A DNA stretch of 64,000 nt, taken from Histomonas meleagridis 2922-C6/04-290x. Its lineage: Eukaryota; Protista; Parabasalia. The stretch lies in contig JAANOX010000153.1 of the NCBI GenBank assembly GCA_020184695.1, forward strand, positions 62,001 to 126,000. Reading direction: 5' to 3'. The stretch's first letter is position 1. The number at the start of each line of letters is the position of its first letter. The translations under genes and the position numbers were made by a program. Shown here piece by piece: positions 1 through 11,287 of this stretch. The notes below the pieces were generated by a model, which worked only from the letters and a program-made list of their open reading frames with translations, was not told where the DNA came from and made no database searches.

Positions 1-1378
1 AACTTGCCGGATAAGCCCACAGCACTCGCGTTTGGTCATCAGTTGGCACGTAATAAAAGATGAATGCAAAGATAACGATCGTAACAAAGTTATTAATAAA
101 GCTTAAAACTGTTGCTTGTGTACCTTTTTGTAATGCTTGCAAAAACGTTTGAGCATTATATCGAAAAACTTGGAAGATAGCAAACCCATTACAAATGGTG
201 ATGATTGAAGAAAATCGAAGATATCCTTCTTCCGTAGAAAATATCATTGCAAGATATCGTGGAATAGACCACGTGAGTATCGACAAAACTGCTGCCCACG
301 ATAGGTTCATCCAAAAAGTGTGCATCGTTAACCGCATAAACCGCTTGTATCGGCCGGCAGAATATGCATATGAAGCTGCTGGCAAATATCCCATCGTAAA
401 GCCAACCATAACAGCATTTGATAGGGCTAATATACGAAAACCGGCATTGAAGGCTGACATGACATCATTATAATCTTCTTTAACTCGATCACCTAATAAT
501 TTACGAACAAGAATGGAGGGTAAAAGAACTGATAAGTTCGCAATAAGTTGCGAAATACCAACACGTAATGCAGGTAATGTATGTGGACTGAACTTCTTGA
601 GTAACATATTCCATTTTGGTTTGACATTAAAATGACCTGAAAAATACATGAAAACTAACGTAAAACCTGGAATCATTTCAGCTATGATAGTCGCAAGACC
701 TGCTCCAACAATTCCTGTTTTGATACCAAACAAGAATAATGGATTGAGAATTAACATATTACAAACAACAGCGATTAAGTTAACAACACCAAAGAAAAGT
801 GACCTTCCTTCACCTTGCAAACAGCCACCAACTCCTAAAAAAAAGCATGTTGAAAATGTACAAATACAAAGTGGCAGCATATAATCAAAACCTAAGCTAA
901 CAACTCTCTCAGAGGCTCCAAACCATCTCCCAGCTGGCTTAAGGCAAGGGATTAAAATACAAGGTACAACAATACCACAAACTATACATATACGCAATAA
1001 ATCAGCTATAACCTGCCCAGTTTCTTCAGTTTTGTGTAAACCAATAAGAGATGATATCTTTGATGAACCGGCTGTACCAATGAAATAGCCAAAGGCTCTA
1101 CCAATTCCATCAAAACAATTATATGTTGAAATAGCAGCCATACCATCCGGAACTGCTCTTGAAACCCATATCGTTGTTACAATACCATACAAGGCACCTG
1201 TAATTTGAGACAAAAGAGGTCCGATGGACAATTTGAAATCTGTTTTTAAAGCACGATGAGCTCCCAAACGTCTTTCTTCTTTTGTCATATTCTCTGGGTC
1301 GAACTGTTTTTTCTTGTCTGTATTTTGAACAAGATTTTTTTCGCTGCTTTCGAGCTCTTCAACTTGGAAATCAGACAT
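1..1378 (-). CDS. MATE-family multidrug/toxin efflux transporter, runs off the left edge of the window
   Basis: Hand translation from ATG at 1378 (MSDFQVEELESSEKN...) is open to the window edge. It has multiple TM helices and MATE-type segments (LSIGPLLSQITGALYGIVTTIWVSRAV; GCLQGEGRS; LFLFGIKTGIVGAGLAT; ALRVGISQLI; GYLPAASYAYSAGRYKR). Absent from the ORF track because it is truncated. Confidence 0.85.
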   Translation of the reverse strand, partial: MSDFQVEELESSEKNLVQNTDKKKQFDPENMTKEERRLGAHRALKTDFKLSIGPLLSQITGALYGIVTTIWVSRAVPDGMAAISTYNCFDGIGRAFGYFIGTAGSSKISSLIGLHKTEETGQVIADLLRICIVCGIVVPCILIPCLKPAGRWFGASERVVSLGFDYMLPLCICTFSTCFFLGVGGCLQGEGRSLFFGVVNLIAVVCNMLILNPLFLFGIKTGIVGAGLATIIAEMIPGFTLVFMYFSGHFNVKPKWNMLLKKFSPHTLPALRVGISQLIANLSVLLPSILVRKLLGDRVKEDYNDVMSAFNAGFRILALSNAVMVGFTMGYLPAASYAYSAGRYKRFMRLTMHTFWMNLSWAAVLSILTWSIPRYLAMIFSTEEGYLRFSSIITICNGFAIFQVFRYNAQTFLQALQKGTQATVLSFINNFVTIVIFAFIFYYVPTDDQTRVLWAYPAS

Positions 1379-2099
1379 AAGAATGGCAAATGACGGTTTG
1401 GCCTTTGATAGCTTTTTCAACAATATCGGCCATATCCCTTTCAATTTTCAAAGCGTTGTTTTCTTTCTTATCATTTGACAAACCCGAACTCAAAAAAATT
1501 GTTTGAACCATTGAACAATAAAAATTGAGAGATTACGTTTTTGTACGAAAATCGACTTTTTGCATACAAGTTAATCGTCTTTTCCATTCAAAATATTTTT
1601 TTATCCATAATTGTAAAGATCTTTGTGCTTCTACCAGACGCTAAACTTTTAAAGGTACGGGAATTTTAATAGTTTTTATACTAATGTCGTCATAACATTG
1701 TATTCTTCAGTTTCAGTACTGAATTTTTAAAAATGGACCAATAAACGTCGTAAAATTTAAACGGCCGTTAATAACATTTTTGAAAGAAATTGAATGGTTT
1801 ATTATACCAAAGTCCAATCTTCCAAAAATAATTTAAAGTTGTAAATTTACAACTGTGATAATTCATAGAATTTTTCTATGCTTTGAAAAATTCGTTTACA
1901 ACAACTCAACAGAAGCCACGCAAAATAATTTGCGTTATTATCGTATTTGTTAAGTAATTATTTCCAAATAATCAAAAAATTGAGCGTATTATAACTATAT
2001 TGATTAAATCAATTTCATTTTCATGGTTTTTTGTTTTGTTTAAAAGTTGTTTTTATATTTGAAGTTTTTATATATGATTTTATATTTAATTTTCTCTTA

Positions 2100-2560
2100 T
2101 TGATAGTTAATTTTTATTAAAAGTATATCCTTTCATATAGTACAAGTTTTTTATATTAATAATGAATTTAATTAATTTTTCCATGTTATTTTTCGATTTT
2201 TAAAACTTCTTTATTTCTTGCATGTAAAAAAGAATCATTTGATGTTGTGAAAATTTTTGGTATTTGTTATGTATCATTGTCTCTTTTTAATTTTTAAGTG
2301 TTGTGTATTCTATTTTTATTCATTTATAACTTTTATTCGAATAATGTTTTTTATTTTTGTTTACAGTTATTGTTTGTTACGAAGTTATCTTTTTGTTTCA
2401 GGTTTGTCCTGATGATTTTATAGTTATTTGTTGATATTATGACACCTTTATTTATTGGTTCATCCAATTTGGATGTGAAAATACATTTGGAAAATAAAGA
2501 AATTGATATTTCTAGATTTAATGCTTATTGATTTTTATTGATGTTTTTTCCTTATATATT
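2100..2560 (+). pseudogene. Decayed ankyrin-repeat remnants with residual 17-nt-type spacers
   Basis: KTSLFLACKKESFDVVKIF at ~2202-2258 is preceded by a consensus 17-mer (GTTATTTTTCGATTTTT). Other fragments are MTPLFIG at ~2439 and ENKEIDI at ~2490. No continuous frame. Confidence 0.4.
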
Positions 2561-2649
2561 CAGGATTCAATGTAAAACTAGGAATAGTGAATTTATTAAC
2601 TTGTTAAATAATTTCTTGTCGTTAAATTTTCACAAAAACTAAATTGACC

Positions 2650-3484
2650 TGCATTAATTACTTTAATACTATCAGGTCAAGCCAAACGTTTTCAATGAAG
2701 AACAATTAAAAAATGCTTCTTCTTCAATCGTTTGAATTGAGTTTGGAATATTTATATCTTTTAATGAAATACAATTACTAAATGCACAATTTTTTTATTG
2801 TTATAATAGAATTTGGTATTTTAATACTTTTTAAGTTATAATACTTATAAAATGTTTCTGTTGAAATAGTTTTTACATTCGAAATTATAATAATTTCTTT
2901 TAATTGACAATTTTCAAATAAATTATGCAACAGTCTTTGGAAAATCAAATCGTTCATCTGTTTTACCTTGTATATAATGAAATAATATTTCAATGTTCTT
3001 TATCATAAACTATTCCATCATTTTTGTAATTGGAATATTTTGGATTTTTCATTGATATGTTTTTTATTGTAAGTTTTTACATTTCTTAAATGGATTTTCT
3101 TCAATTAATGTAACTGATTCAGGTATATAAATACTTCTTAATGAAATACATTCTAAAAATAAACAATTTTCAATTGTGGTCAAAGAATTCTATTGTTTTA
3201 TATTCTTTAATGATGTGCAAAAAATGCATATTCTTTTATTGTAGTATTATGATTTCTTCTAATGAAATACACCTGCAAAATGAAGATCTTTCAATTGTTG
3301 TAACAGAATTTGGAATTACAATGATTGGCAACGATGTGCAATAATCAAATGAATATTGCCAAATTTTTATGATAGATTTCGAAATTGTAACATTCCTTAG
3401 TGATGTAGATTTTTGTTTAATCTTTAAATGTTTTTGAAAATTCGTTTTTATTTGTGATAGAAAATGTTTTTGTTGCACCTTCAA
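2650..3484 (-). pseudogene. BspA-like (TpLRR) leucine-rich-repeat surface protein pseudogene
   Basis: Repeats spread across different frames: IVIPNSVTTIERSSFCRCISLEEI, IKIPNSIITI, INIPNSIQTIEEEAFFNCSSL. Several frameshifts and stops. Confidence 0.75.
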
Positions 3485-3876
3485 ATTCTGGTAATATGTG
3501 CGTAAAAATAATTTGGAAAATTGTGAGTAATGTGAAAAACCTCCTGATAAATTTTGTGTAATTTGAAAATATTGACTATCAAAATGTTTTGTTTTTGAGA
3601 AAACAAGTTTTTTTCATTCATTCAGGGTTTTATGAATGAAATCTCAAGCTCATAACTTCAATTAGCTAATTTAACGCTATTTTTTGATGCTATTTAAGTC
3701 GAGTAATCTAAGCTTTTCGTTATACAATTTTAAAAAGATCAATAATGATCTAATTTTAAAATATTTTGTGATGAAAAAGGTAACATAAAAACTTTAATAA
3801 AAATATGTTTTTTATATATTTCATTGAGTTTTAACCCAAATTCTATAGGAGGTAATCATTATTGAGTATTATTGGA

Positions 3877-3905
3877 GGCCGTTTATTAAATTAAGTCGAC
3901 CGTTA
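3877..3905 (+). promoter_or_regulatory. Two M3-like core promoter motifs upstream of the MYND gene
   Basis: GGCCGTTT (3877-3884) and GACCGTTA (3898-3905) match the trichomonad motif 3 consensus [AGT][AG]C[GC]GTT[TAG] and lie just before the ATG at 3913. Confidence 0.45.
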
Positions 3906-3912
3906 AATTTTC

Positions 3913-5328
3913 ATGGAGAAAGAACAGATACATATTTTATATTCTACATATCTCAAGCAAACAACTTTTCAGCAAAATCACTCAATACTCGCTGTTTTTA
4001 GTAGTGGAGAATGTTTTATTATTCCTTTAGAATCAGATCATAATTGTTACAAATATCCAAATTATGCACAAATTTCTTCTTGTTTAAGTCAAGCTATTAA
4101 AAGCAGTAAAAGCCAAAGAATTTTATCCAAATATTATAATAAATCTCACACAGCTAAAACATTTTTTTCTAATCCAATTTGCATTGGGACAGTTAAATTC
4201 ATTATGCCAATTTCTAAAACCAAAGTTGAATATATTTCCGAGAAAGAACAATTAATTATTATAGGAATTCTTTACAAGCAAATTCCTTCGGTTGGAATAT
4301 ATCAAATAACCATGAACTCCATGAATCTTGTATTTGTTGAATCATTATTTTCTGTTTCTGACATTACTTATTCATCTTATATGCATTATTTTGTATCTAT
4401 TCCACGAAACTCAAACTCATCAGTTCTCTTATTTAAGCCACCACAAGGCTCTACAATATATTCAAACTATGAACATCGTTTAATACCAAAGCTTTTATTT
4501 GCTGGATCACATATGAAACGGACTACACATATATCCACTGGTAATGATCATCGTTGGCATTCAGTCAGTTGGTCTGATGACATATGTCCGACGATTATAA
4601 CATGGAATTTTTCGTTACCTACAGACGATGATATCTTTATATGGAATAGTATTGTTTATGATTTTCTTTCTCCTTGTTATATTCATCATGTATCATTTGA
4701 TCCAACGTCAGAAAAAATCGGATTTATACTTGAAAAAGATGATAAAACATTTTTTTGTTTGTGGAATATTGAGAATAATAAAGTAATACAACATAATTTC
4801 GAAGTTGCTTCAGTTACACCTATAAAAGATGCAAGATGGGTACGATCTGCTATATGTTCTCAAATGGTTTATTCCGTTTTCACTAATGAATGTTACTATG
4901 AACATCATTTAAGCGAAATAAAAATTTGGGAAGCGCCAGATTATAATTTATTAAATATGTGTTGCGATGAATCTGGTGATAGATTTTATTTCGATAAAAA
5001 AAATAACTTAAAATTTATTGCGGGCTCGGATTTTTATGATAATGTAATGATGGAAACAGCAGATGCTAAAAAGTCAGCACCATTTCCAATCGTAAAAAAT
5101 CAAATGAATGGAATGTGCGATAATTTGACAGGTTTACACTTGTATCGGTGCGCTAATTGCAGGAAGCCGTTAATGTACCCGTTAATTTCTTGGGATCATG
5201 TAACAAGATTAAAAAATTGTTATTGTAGCCATAAATGTCAAATGAATCATTGGCCAACTTTCGTAACGGTACACCAACCACTTAACTTTGATTTCGATTT
5301 CGATTTTGAAGAATTAGATGAATATTAA
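3913..5328 (+). CDS. Hypothetical protein, probable beta-propeller N-terminal region with C-terminal MYND-like zinc finger
   Basis: 471-aa ORF. C-terminal CANC...YCSHKCQMNHW matches the MYND signature. HHVSFDP and WHSVSWS resemble WD-like strands. Confidence 0.65.
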   Translation: MEKEQIHILYSTYLKQTTFQQNHSILAVFSSGECFIIPLESDHNCYKYPNYAQISSCLSQAIKSSKSQRILSKYYNKSHTAKTFFSNPICIGTVKFIMPISKTKVEYISEKEQLIIIGILYKQIPSVGIYQITMNSMNLVFVESLFSVSDITYSSYMHYFVSIPRNSNSSVLLFKPPQGSTIYSNYEHRLIPKLLFAGSHMKRTTHISTGNDHRWHSVSWSDDICPTIITWNFSLPTDDDIFIWNSIVYDFLSPCYIHHVSFDPTSEKIGFILEKDDKTFFCLWNIENNKVIQHNFEVASVTPIKDARWVRSAICSQMVYSVFTNECYYEHHLSEIKIWEAPDYNLLNMCCDESGDRFYFDKKNNLKFIAGSDFYDNVMMETADAKKSAPFPIVKNQMNGMCDNLTGLHLYRCANCRKPLMYPLISWDHVTRLKNCYCSHKCQMNHWPTFVTVHQPLNFDFDFDFEELDEY

Positions 5329-5491
5329 TATTAAAATAATATAAATATATTTATATAATTTTTTTTTAATTTAATATGTTTTTTATTTGTAAATAATAAT
5401 GTAAGAAAAAGTAATGGTTTTAATATAAACAAAATTTACTTATTGAAGAATTGTTATTGTTTGTAAAACTTAAAAAAAAATTTATGTTAAA

Positions 5492-8287
5492 ATGATTGCT
5501 TTTATGGTTATGTTCATATCGAATCAAATTAAGTTAAATAGAGCCAAAGTTAAACTTAAACTTATTATTAATCCTAGTAAAAAATCTTGGTACTTAGTTT
5601 ACTTTAAGCAAAAACCTCAGTTTCAATATCTTAAAGAAATTGGTATTGATGTTTCAGAAATGAAATTGCATACAGTTATTGGTGATCATTATCTAATTTA
5701 TCTTTATCCTGAACAAATTGCACTCCTTAATAAAAACTTCAATGTATCAATGCATTTGGTGGAATTTAAAGATAAGATTATAGGAAAAATTGATTTTAAG
5801 AAATCAAAAGATTTTATAGGATATTTTCATTCTTCATTCAATCAACATAATTATAACTTTCAAGACATTAAAAAGATATCAAAAAATTTCTATAGATTTA
5901 AAATTTCTGATCTCGAATTAGTTAAAAATATTTCTGAGTTATTATTTATTGAAGAAGAAAAGAAAAATTATTTTCATAATCGATGGTCAAGTGGATATAT
6001 ACAAAACAATAACTTACCAAAAATGAATAATGATGGGTTTTATACTCCAAGATATCTTCAAGAAAAAGGAATAGATGGTAAAGGTCAAATTATTACAATT
6101 TCTGATACTGGCTTAGATATTAATAGCCCATATTTCTATGATAAAGGATTTAAATTTGATCAAATTAATAGTCAACATAGAAAAGTAATATATTATGAAT
6201 CATATAGCGACTCAAAAGATGAAAATAGTCATGGAACTCATGTTTGTGGAATTGCTGCTGGAAACAATATGTGTAATAATAATTTGTCATTATATAATGG
6301 TATTGCCCCAGCAGCTTTGATTAATTTCATTGACATTGGATATAGTGGGAATTCTATTGTGTTTTATCCACCATCATTACTTACTGATTCAATGAAAAGA
6401 GTAAAATCATATATTTCTTCTAGTAGTTGGGGTACACGTTCTTTGTTCCCACAGCAATCGTTTATGTTTGATGTTGTGTCATATTCAAATCCGTATTTAT
6501 TATTTATCTTTTCTGCTGGTAATTTTGGATGTGAAAATTCTATTAATTCTCCTGCAGATGCAAAAAATGTTCTTACTGTTGGTTCAATAGATACGTATTT
6601 TAATATGCTTTATGAAAGTGAGTTTTATGATATCATTTTGGAGGGAACTGGAAGTAACTCAAAAATTAAACTTAATTTAAAAGAGTTACCAAATGGTAAA
6701 AAAATCATAAACATTAATAAAGGAATAGTTAATAAGGAATTATCTTTAAAGCCAGATTCAGATAAAATTCTTTTAGTTGAAGACAATTCTTTATTATGTT
6801 CATTACAAACAAATCCAATCGCAGCTCTTGTAACTGATGAGAAAATTACATGTACGGATCTCGATTTTCCTGTTCTTTTTGTGAATACATTTGCAGAAAT
6901 TAAAAAAACAAACAAGATTTCGATAACCTTAAATTTAAAATCACCTGCAAGTAATCCAGACGTTGGAATGTATTCATCAAAAGGGCCGACTTCTGATGGG
7001 ATAATAAAACCTGATGTAGTAGCTCCAGGATCATATATTTTATCAGCAAATATTATGAATAACAAAAAAATTGAAGATATGTGTAAAAATCTTAAAAACA
7101 ATAAATTAATTATAAAGTCTGGAACTTCAATGTCAACACCATTAGTAGCAGGAGGAGCAGCTTTAATTAGACAATATTTTGATGAAGGATATTATCCAAC
7201 TGGAATAAAGAATAATAAAAACATTGTAAAAATAACAGCAAATCTTTTAAGAGCTTTAATAATAGCATCTACAGAACCTCTTAACCCAAAACAAAAGGCA
7301 CCAAATTGCAATTCAGGTTATGGCATCGTGAACTTATCAAATATATTAACATTTTCCAACAATATTAAAGTATTTGATTCAATAGAAATTGATACAAATA
7401 GTGAATATGTTATAAAATTCGAAGTAAAGAAAAATACAAATTATCAAAAACTAAGAATTGCTATGGCTTTTTATGATCGACCAATAATTACATGTACACA
7501 TTCTTTAAATATTGACATTGATATGTATTTATTGAAACCAAATGGTGAAGCAATTTTTGGAAATCATCATGAAGATAATATTGAAGAACATTTTCTAACA
7601 ACCGAAAAAATATTACTATATCCAAATGAAATCGTTTCTGGAACTCATGAAGTTCACTTAGTTAGAAATAGCCATATTGTTGGAAATACCACAAAATGCT
7701 CATTATGCATTGTAGGTCCTATTTTGAATACTGACACATTTGATATCATTAAGTATCAAAAAAGAAAATGTGAAATGCCAAAAATAGGAATCAAATGTCA
7801 AATGACCTCACTAAAATTAAGTCAAAAAATGCAAAAGATTATTATACACAAAAATTCCATGAATTATACATATGTTATATTAAAACCAGATTTTGATAAT
7901 TTCACAATAGAATTTGAATCAAACATAAATTTTTATGAAAATATTGGGATGTTCTTTAAAGAAGGTTTTAATAGTATTTATCAAAGTGAATATCAAATGT
8001 ACTATGAATTTAGTGAAAATAACCAAAAAGTCACTTTTTATAATTCGGTCATAACGGATAAAATTGTATCGTTTGCAATTTGTAATTATCTTTCAAATGA
8101 TATAGAACTAAATATAAGAATTGTTTATGATACAAGTTATGAAGAAGAACCATCAAAAATAATGAAAGTAATTGTTATAACATTATTTACTTCAACAATT
8201 ATATTTATTCTAATCACAATAATATTAATCATTTTAATTTTTATTCTCAAAAGAAAAAAACAAAAAACAGATTCATTTTCAAAATAA
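5492..8287 (+). CDS. Subtilisin-like serine protease (family S8, KP-43/TagC-like), type I membrane protein
   Basis: Catalytic triad motifs ISDTGLD, HGTHVCGIAAG and SGTSMSTPLVAGG, oxyanion SAGN, IIKPDVVAPG. C-terminal hydrophobic helix followed by KRKK. Confidence 0.92.
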   Translation: MIAFMVMFISNQIKLNRAKVKLKLIINPSKKSWYLVYFKQKPQFQYLKEIGIDVSEMKLHTVIGDHYLIYLYPEQIALLNKNFNVSMHLVEFKDKIIGKIDFKKSKDFIGYFHSSFNQHNYNFQDIKKISKNFYRFKISDLELVKNISELLFIEEEKKNYFHNRWSSGYIQNNNLPKMNNDGFYTPRYLQEKGIDGKGQIITISDTGLDINSPYFYDKGFKFDQINSQHRKVIYYESYSDSKDENSHGTHVCGIAAGNNMCNNNLSLYNGIAPAALINFIDIGYSGNSIVFYPPSLLTDSMKRVKSYISSSSWGTRSLFPQQSFMFDVVSYSNPYLLFIFSAGNFGCENSINSPADAKNVLTVGSIDTYFNMLYESEFYDIILEGTGSNSKIKLNLKELPNGKKIININKGIVNKELSLKPDSDKILLVEDNSLLCSLQTNPIAALVTDEKITCTDLDFPVLFVNTFAEIKKTNKISITLNLKSPASNPDVGMYSSKGPTSDGIIKPDVVAPGSYILSANIMNNKKIEDMCKNLKNNKLIIKSGTSMSTPLVAGGAALIRQYFDEGYYPTGIKNNKNIVKITANLLRALIIASTEPLNPKQKAPNCNSGYGIVNLSNILTFSNNIKVFDSIEIDTNSEYVIKFEVKKNTNYQKLRIAMAFYDRPIITCTHSLNIDIDMYLLKPNGEAIFGNHHEDNIEEHFLTTEKILLYPNEIVSGTHEVHLVRNSHIVGNTTKCSLCIVGPILNTDTFDIIKYQKRKCEMPKIGIKCQMTSLKLSQKMQKIIIHKNSMNYTYVILKPDFDNFTIEFESNINFYENIGMFFKEGFNSIYQSEYQMYYEFSENNQKVTFYNSVITDKIVSFAICNYLSNDIELNIRIVYDTSYEEEPSKIMKVIVITLFTSTIIFILITIILIILIFILKRKKQKTDSFSK

Positions 8288-8344
8288 AATTCATGAGTAA
8301 AAATTTTTATTTTTTCTAAATTTACTCTATCTATTAAAAACATT

Positions 8345-9091
8345 CTAAAATTCGGGTAATAATAATATAATAATGAGAAGAAACAATGAAATAAATATAA
8401 TCAAAATAGCTAATGTGAATCTATTTAAGTCGTATATTGATTCACGTTTTGTGTTTTGAGGTGGTGATGAAATTTCATTTTCTGAAACATTACTATTTCG
8501 CATTATGGAAAACCAATAAACACTTTTTTTACACTTGACATGGAAGCCAAACTGATTTCGCCTGGAATTTGTTAGATATTTATTAGTTGGCGCAAAATCT
8601 ATTGATACTTGCTTTATTTGACTCGTGTAATTAAGATGAGTGAATCTTTTAGTTGAGCGTGAATATTTTTGATCCATCAGATTTATGTTATTTCCAGATT
8701 TATGAACATGATTTATACAAGTTGGATTTTTATAAACATCTTTAACTCTAGTGGAAAGGAGAAATGAATCTGACCCAACTATTTCATTAAGTCTGAGATT
8801 ATCTTGCAAAATGTCTGATGAATCTTTTGATAATTTATCCTTGTGTGAATAGCTTCGTTCGCGAATCTTTGCTGGCTTGCTGAAAGGATTTTCGGTGTTA
8901 TATCTGAAAAGAATTCTACTACCTTGTATGTAACTCAATTTTATTCTTCTGGTTTCCTTATCTACTTTTTTCTCAATTTACTTTTTGAAATAAGTTTGTA
9001 ATTTTTGTGTTGGTTGTATCCAACTTTTGCTGTTATAAATTTACAAATTGGTTTTGTGAGGCATCACAGACTTGGATGATATGTAATCCAT
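8345..9091 (-). CDS. Hypothetical tail-anchored membrane protein; 5' end interrupted (indels or pseudogene)
   Basis: The open frame covering 8345-8938 ends in a TM helix (FTLAILIIFISLFLLIIILLLPEF) but has no ATG. The upstream ATG at 9091 can only be joined via two single-base changes in A runs. Confidence 0.4.
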
Positions 9092-9399
9092 AGAAATTTA
9101 ACTACTTCGTTATCAATTCAGTTTGTCCTTTCAACTCAAAAATAAATTTTAACGGTTTACTTTTTTTGACGGTTTTTGTCGTTTTTTTATAACATTTTCA
9201 CACCCAAGAAAACCATGAAACTTTTTAAAAAGACAAATTCAATGGTGTACGATCATTTTTTAGTCTCATCCAATCGGTGGTGAGTTTCAATTTAATTTAT
9301 CTTGATATCCGAAGAGAGAGTTACGACATTGCTTGCACCTAGCGAATGCATGTATAACTCCATCGTCTTTTGTTTGAGTATCAATTTATTTTTTTTTAC

Positions 9400-10065
9400 A
9401 TATTTAAAAAACAAAAGATAATGAATAATATTAGTAAATAATATTTTTTGCACTTGGACATCTTGACCCAACGGTTCCGCTTGCGAAAGAATCGTTTAAT
9501 TCTATAGGAGAATGGTATAGGCAAATAAAGAATAATACATACGAAGGCACAATAATTGCTTTATGTGGAAACATGAACGATCTCCAACGCGAAATCACAT
9601 ACGATGAAGTTATGGAAAAGATTGATGAAAACATTAAGTATTTCGAAACAAGCGCAAACGCATTTTGCATAATTATGGAATTGATGCGATGTTCCAAACT
9701 ATTGCAGAAAAGTATTTGAATTCAAATGCAAATGAAAATAATATTCCCGAACCCGATTCCAAACTTCTTCTTCTTTTGTTTGAAGTGTTTTTAAAAAATT
9801 TAAGTAAATATCAAATTCATGTTTTGGTGATGAAAATGCATTATAAACTATGTTACTTAAAATAACATTAAATGTATTTGGAAAATTTAAATCGAATAAT
9901 CTCAATACTTTTTTAACTGACGCCTCGAAGTTTTCTTCAACCATGTTAAACGGAATATAATTTTCTCAAGTTTAATTAGGAATTTCAAGCAGGTTGTTGA
10001 ATAATTTAAATTTTTATCTCCTGTGTTTATGATAGTCGTATCATCATTAGGTACATGGATCATCA
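9400..10065 (-). pseudogene. Unidentified disrupted coding-like region
   Basis: Coding-like frame (MVEENFEASVKKVLRLFDLNF...) continues past in-frame stops (9699 and ~9565) to a TM-like segment plus basic tail. A frameshift lies near 9960. No family recognised. Confidence 0.25.
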
Positions 10066-11287
10066 TATAAAAAGAAAAGAAGATCACTCCACTTTTCAAA
10101 TTCGATCAAAGTCAATTCAAAAAGCTTTTTGAAAATATGAAAAAGATCTAAACTTTTAATTAATCTGAAAACAGTATGATTTGACATGTCTGTTCACGAA
10201 AATTTATCACATCACCACAATTGAAAATTGAAATAATAACCCGTTCCCCTCATGTTTTTTAAAAAAACGATTTTCGATTTTTCAATCATTAGAAAGGAAT
10301 CTATTTTTATATGAATGTTTCATTGAAACAAAACGGTTTTTATAATTTTTTTAAATTCAAATATCTTTATTAATTATCATCAAATACTTTATGTATTTTA
10401 TTTGTAAAAATAATGGCTTATGATACCTAAATTATTTTCAGTATATACTTTAATTCAATAGTTTACTTGAATTTTAAGTTCAAAATAAACGTCTATTTGC
10501 ATTCAATTCTCAAATTGAGAATGATTCAGCATAATAAGATAAAAAAAATAAAAAACTAGAAATGAGTTTCCTAATTTTTATTAACTTGAATAAATGGGTT
10601 TTAATAATAGATACAAACAACTAAACGAGGCACAAATAAAATTAATTGAAGCACATTAGCATGCAGTTGAATAAACATGATATATTAAATGAATAAATAA
10701 AATCTAAAGAAATATTAAATGAGATGCAAATGAATGAGGAAGATGGATTAAATGACTCAATAGGGGGTATTAAATAGATATCTATCCTCATATATGAGCA
10801 TCAAAAGAAAAAGAAATATGTGCTAAAAGAATAAATATTATTAAATGATTAAAAGTTGTATTAAATGAGTGAATAAGAATCAGGTGACTAAACATGGTGT
10901 ATTAAATGTATGAACAAGTCCCAAATGTATAAATAAGATAGGTGCATACTTAATGAATGTATGTTCGACTCGTTGTTAATGTGTTAATGGGGCTCTGGAG
11001 ACCGTTTTCGCCGTGGAAATACGATTTCCCGATATTTTTACACCACTCAATCGAAATATCGTAATGAAATTATCAATGTATTATTCAAGCAATTATTATA
11101 TGAAAATATTATCAAAATGCGAAATATTAAAAAACAATATGAGTTTAATATTTATTTAGAATCATATTAAAAATTGTTACCTTATTTTCGAGATGTTTAT
11201 ATTCAGCTTATATCTGGTCGGACTGAGCCATTCAAAAAATTGTTGGCATTTTTTAACTAGACATTTTTTTTAAAAACAAGCTTTAGA

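Noticed and set aside
195-884. Short antisense or overlapping track ORFs (e.g. 195-473, 648-884, 6625-7101, 49311-49589, 50045-50416, 58556-58828)
   Set aside because: They are shadows of well-supported genes on the other strand or frame, with no motifs.
9029-9043. 15-nt GTAAATTTATAACAG (minus strand) as an intron rescuing the 8345-9091 gene
   Set aside because: Removal still meets an in-frame TAA downstream.
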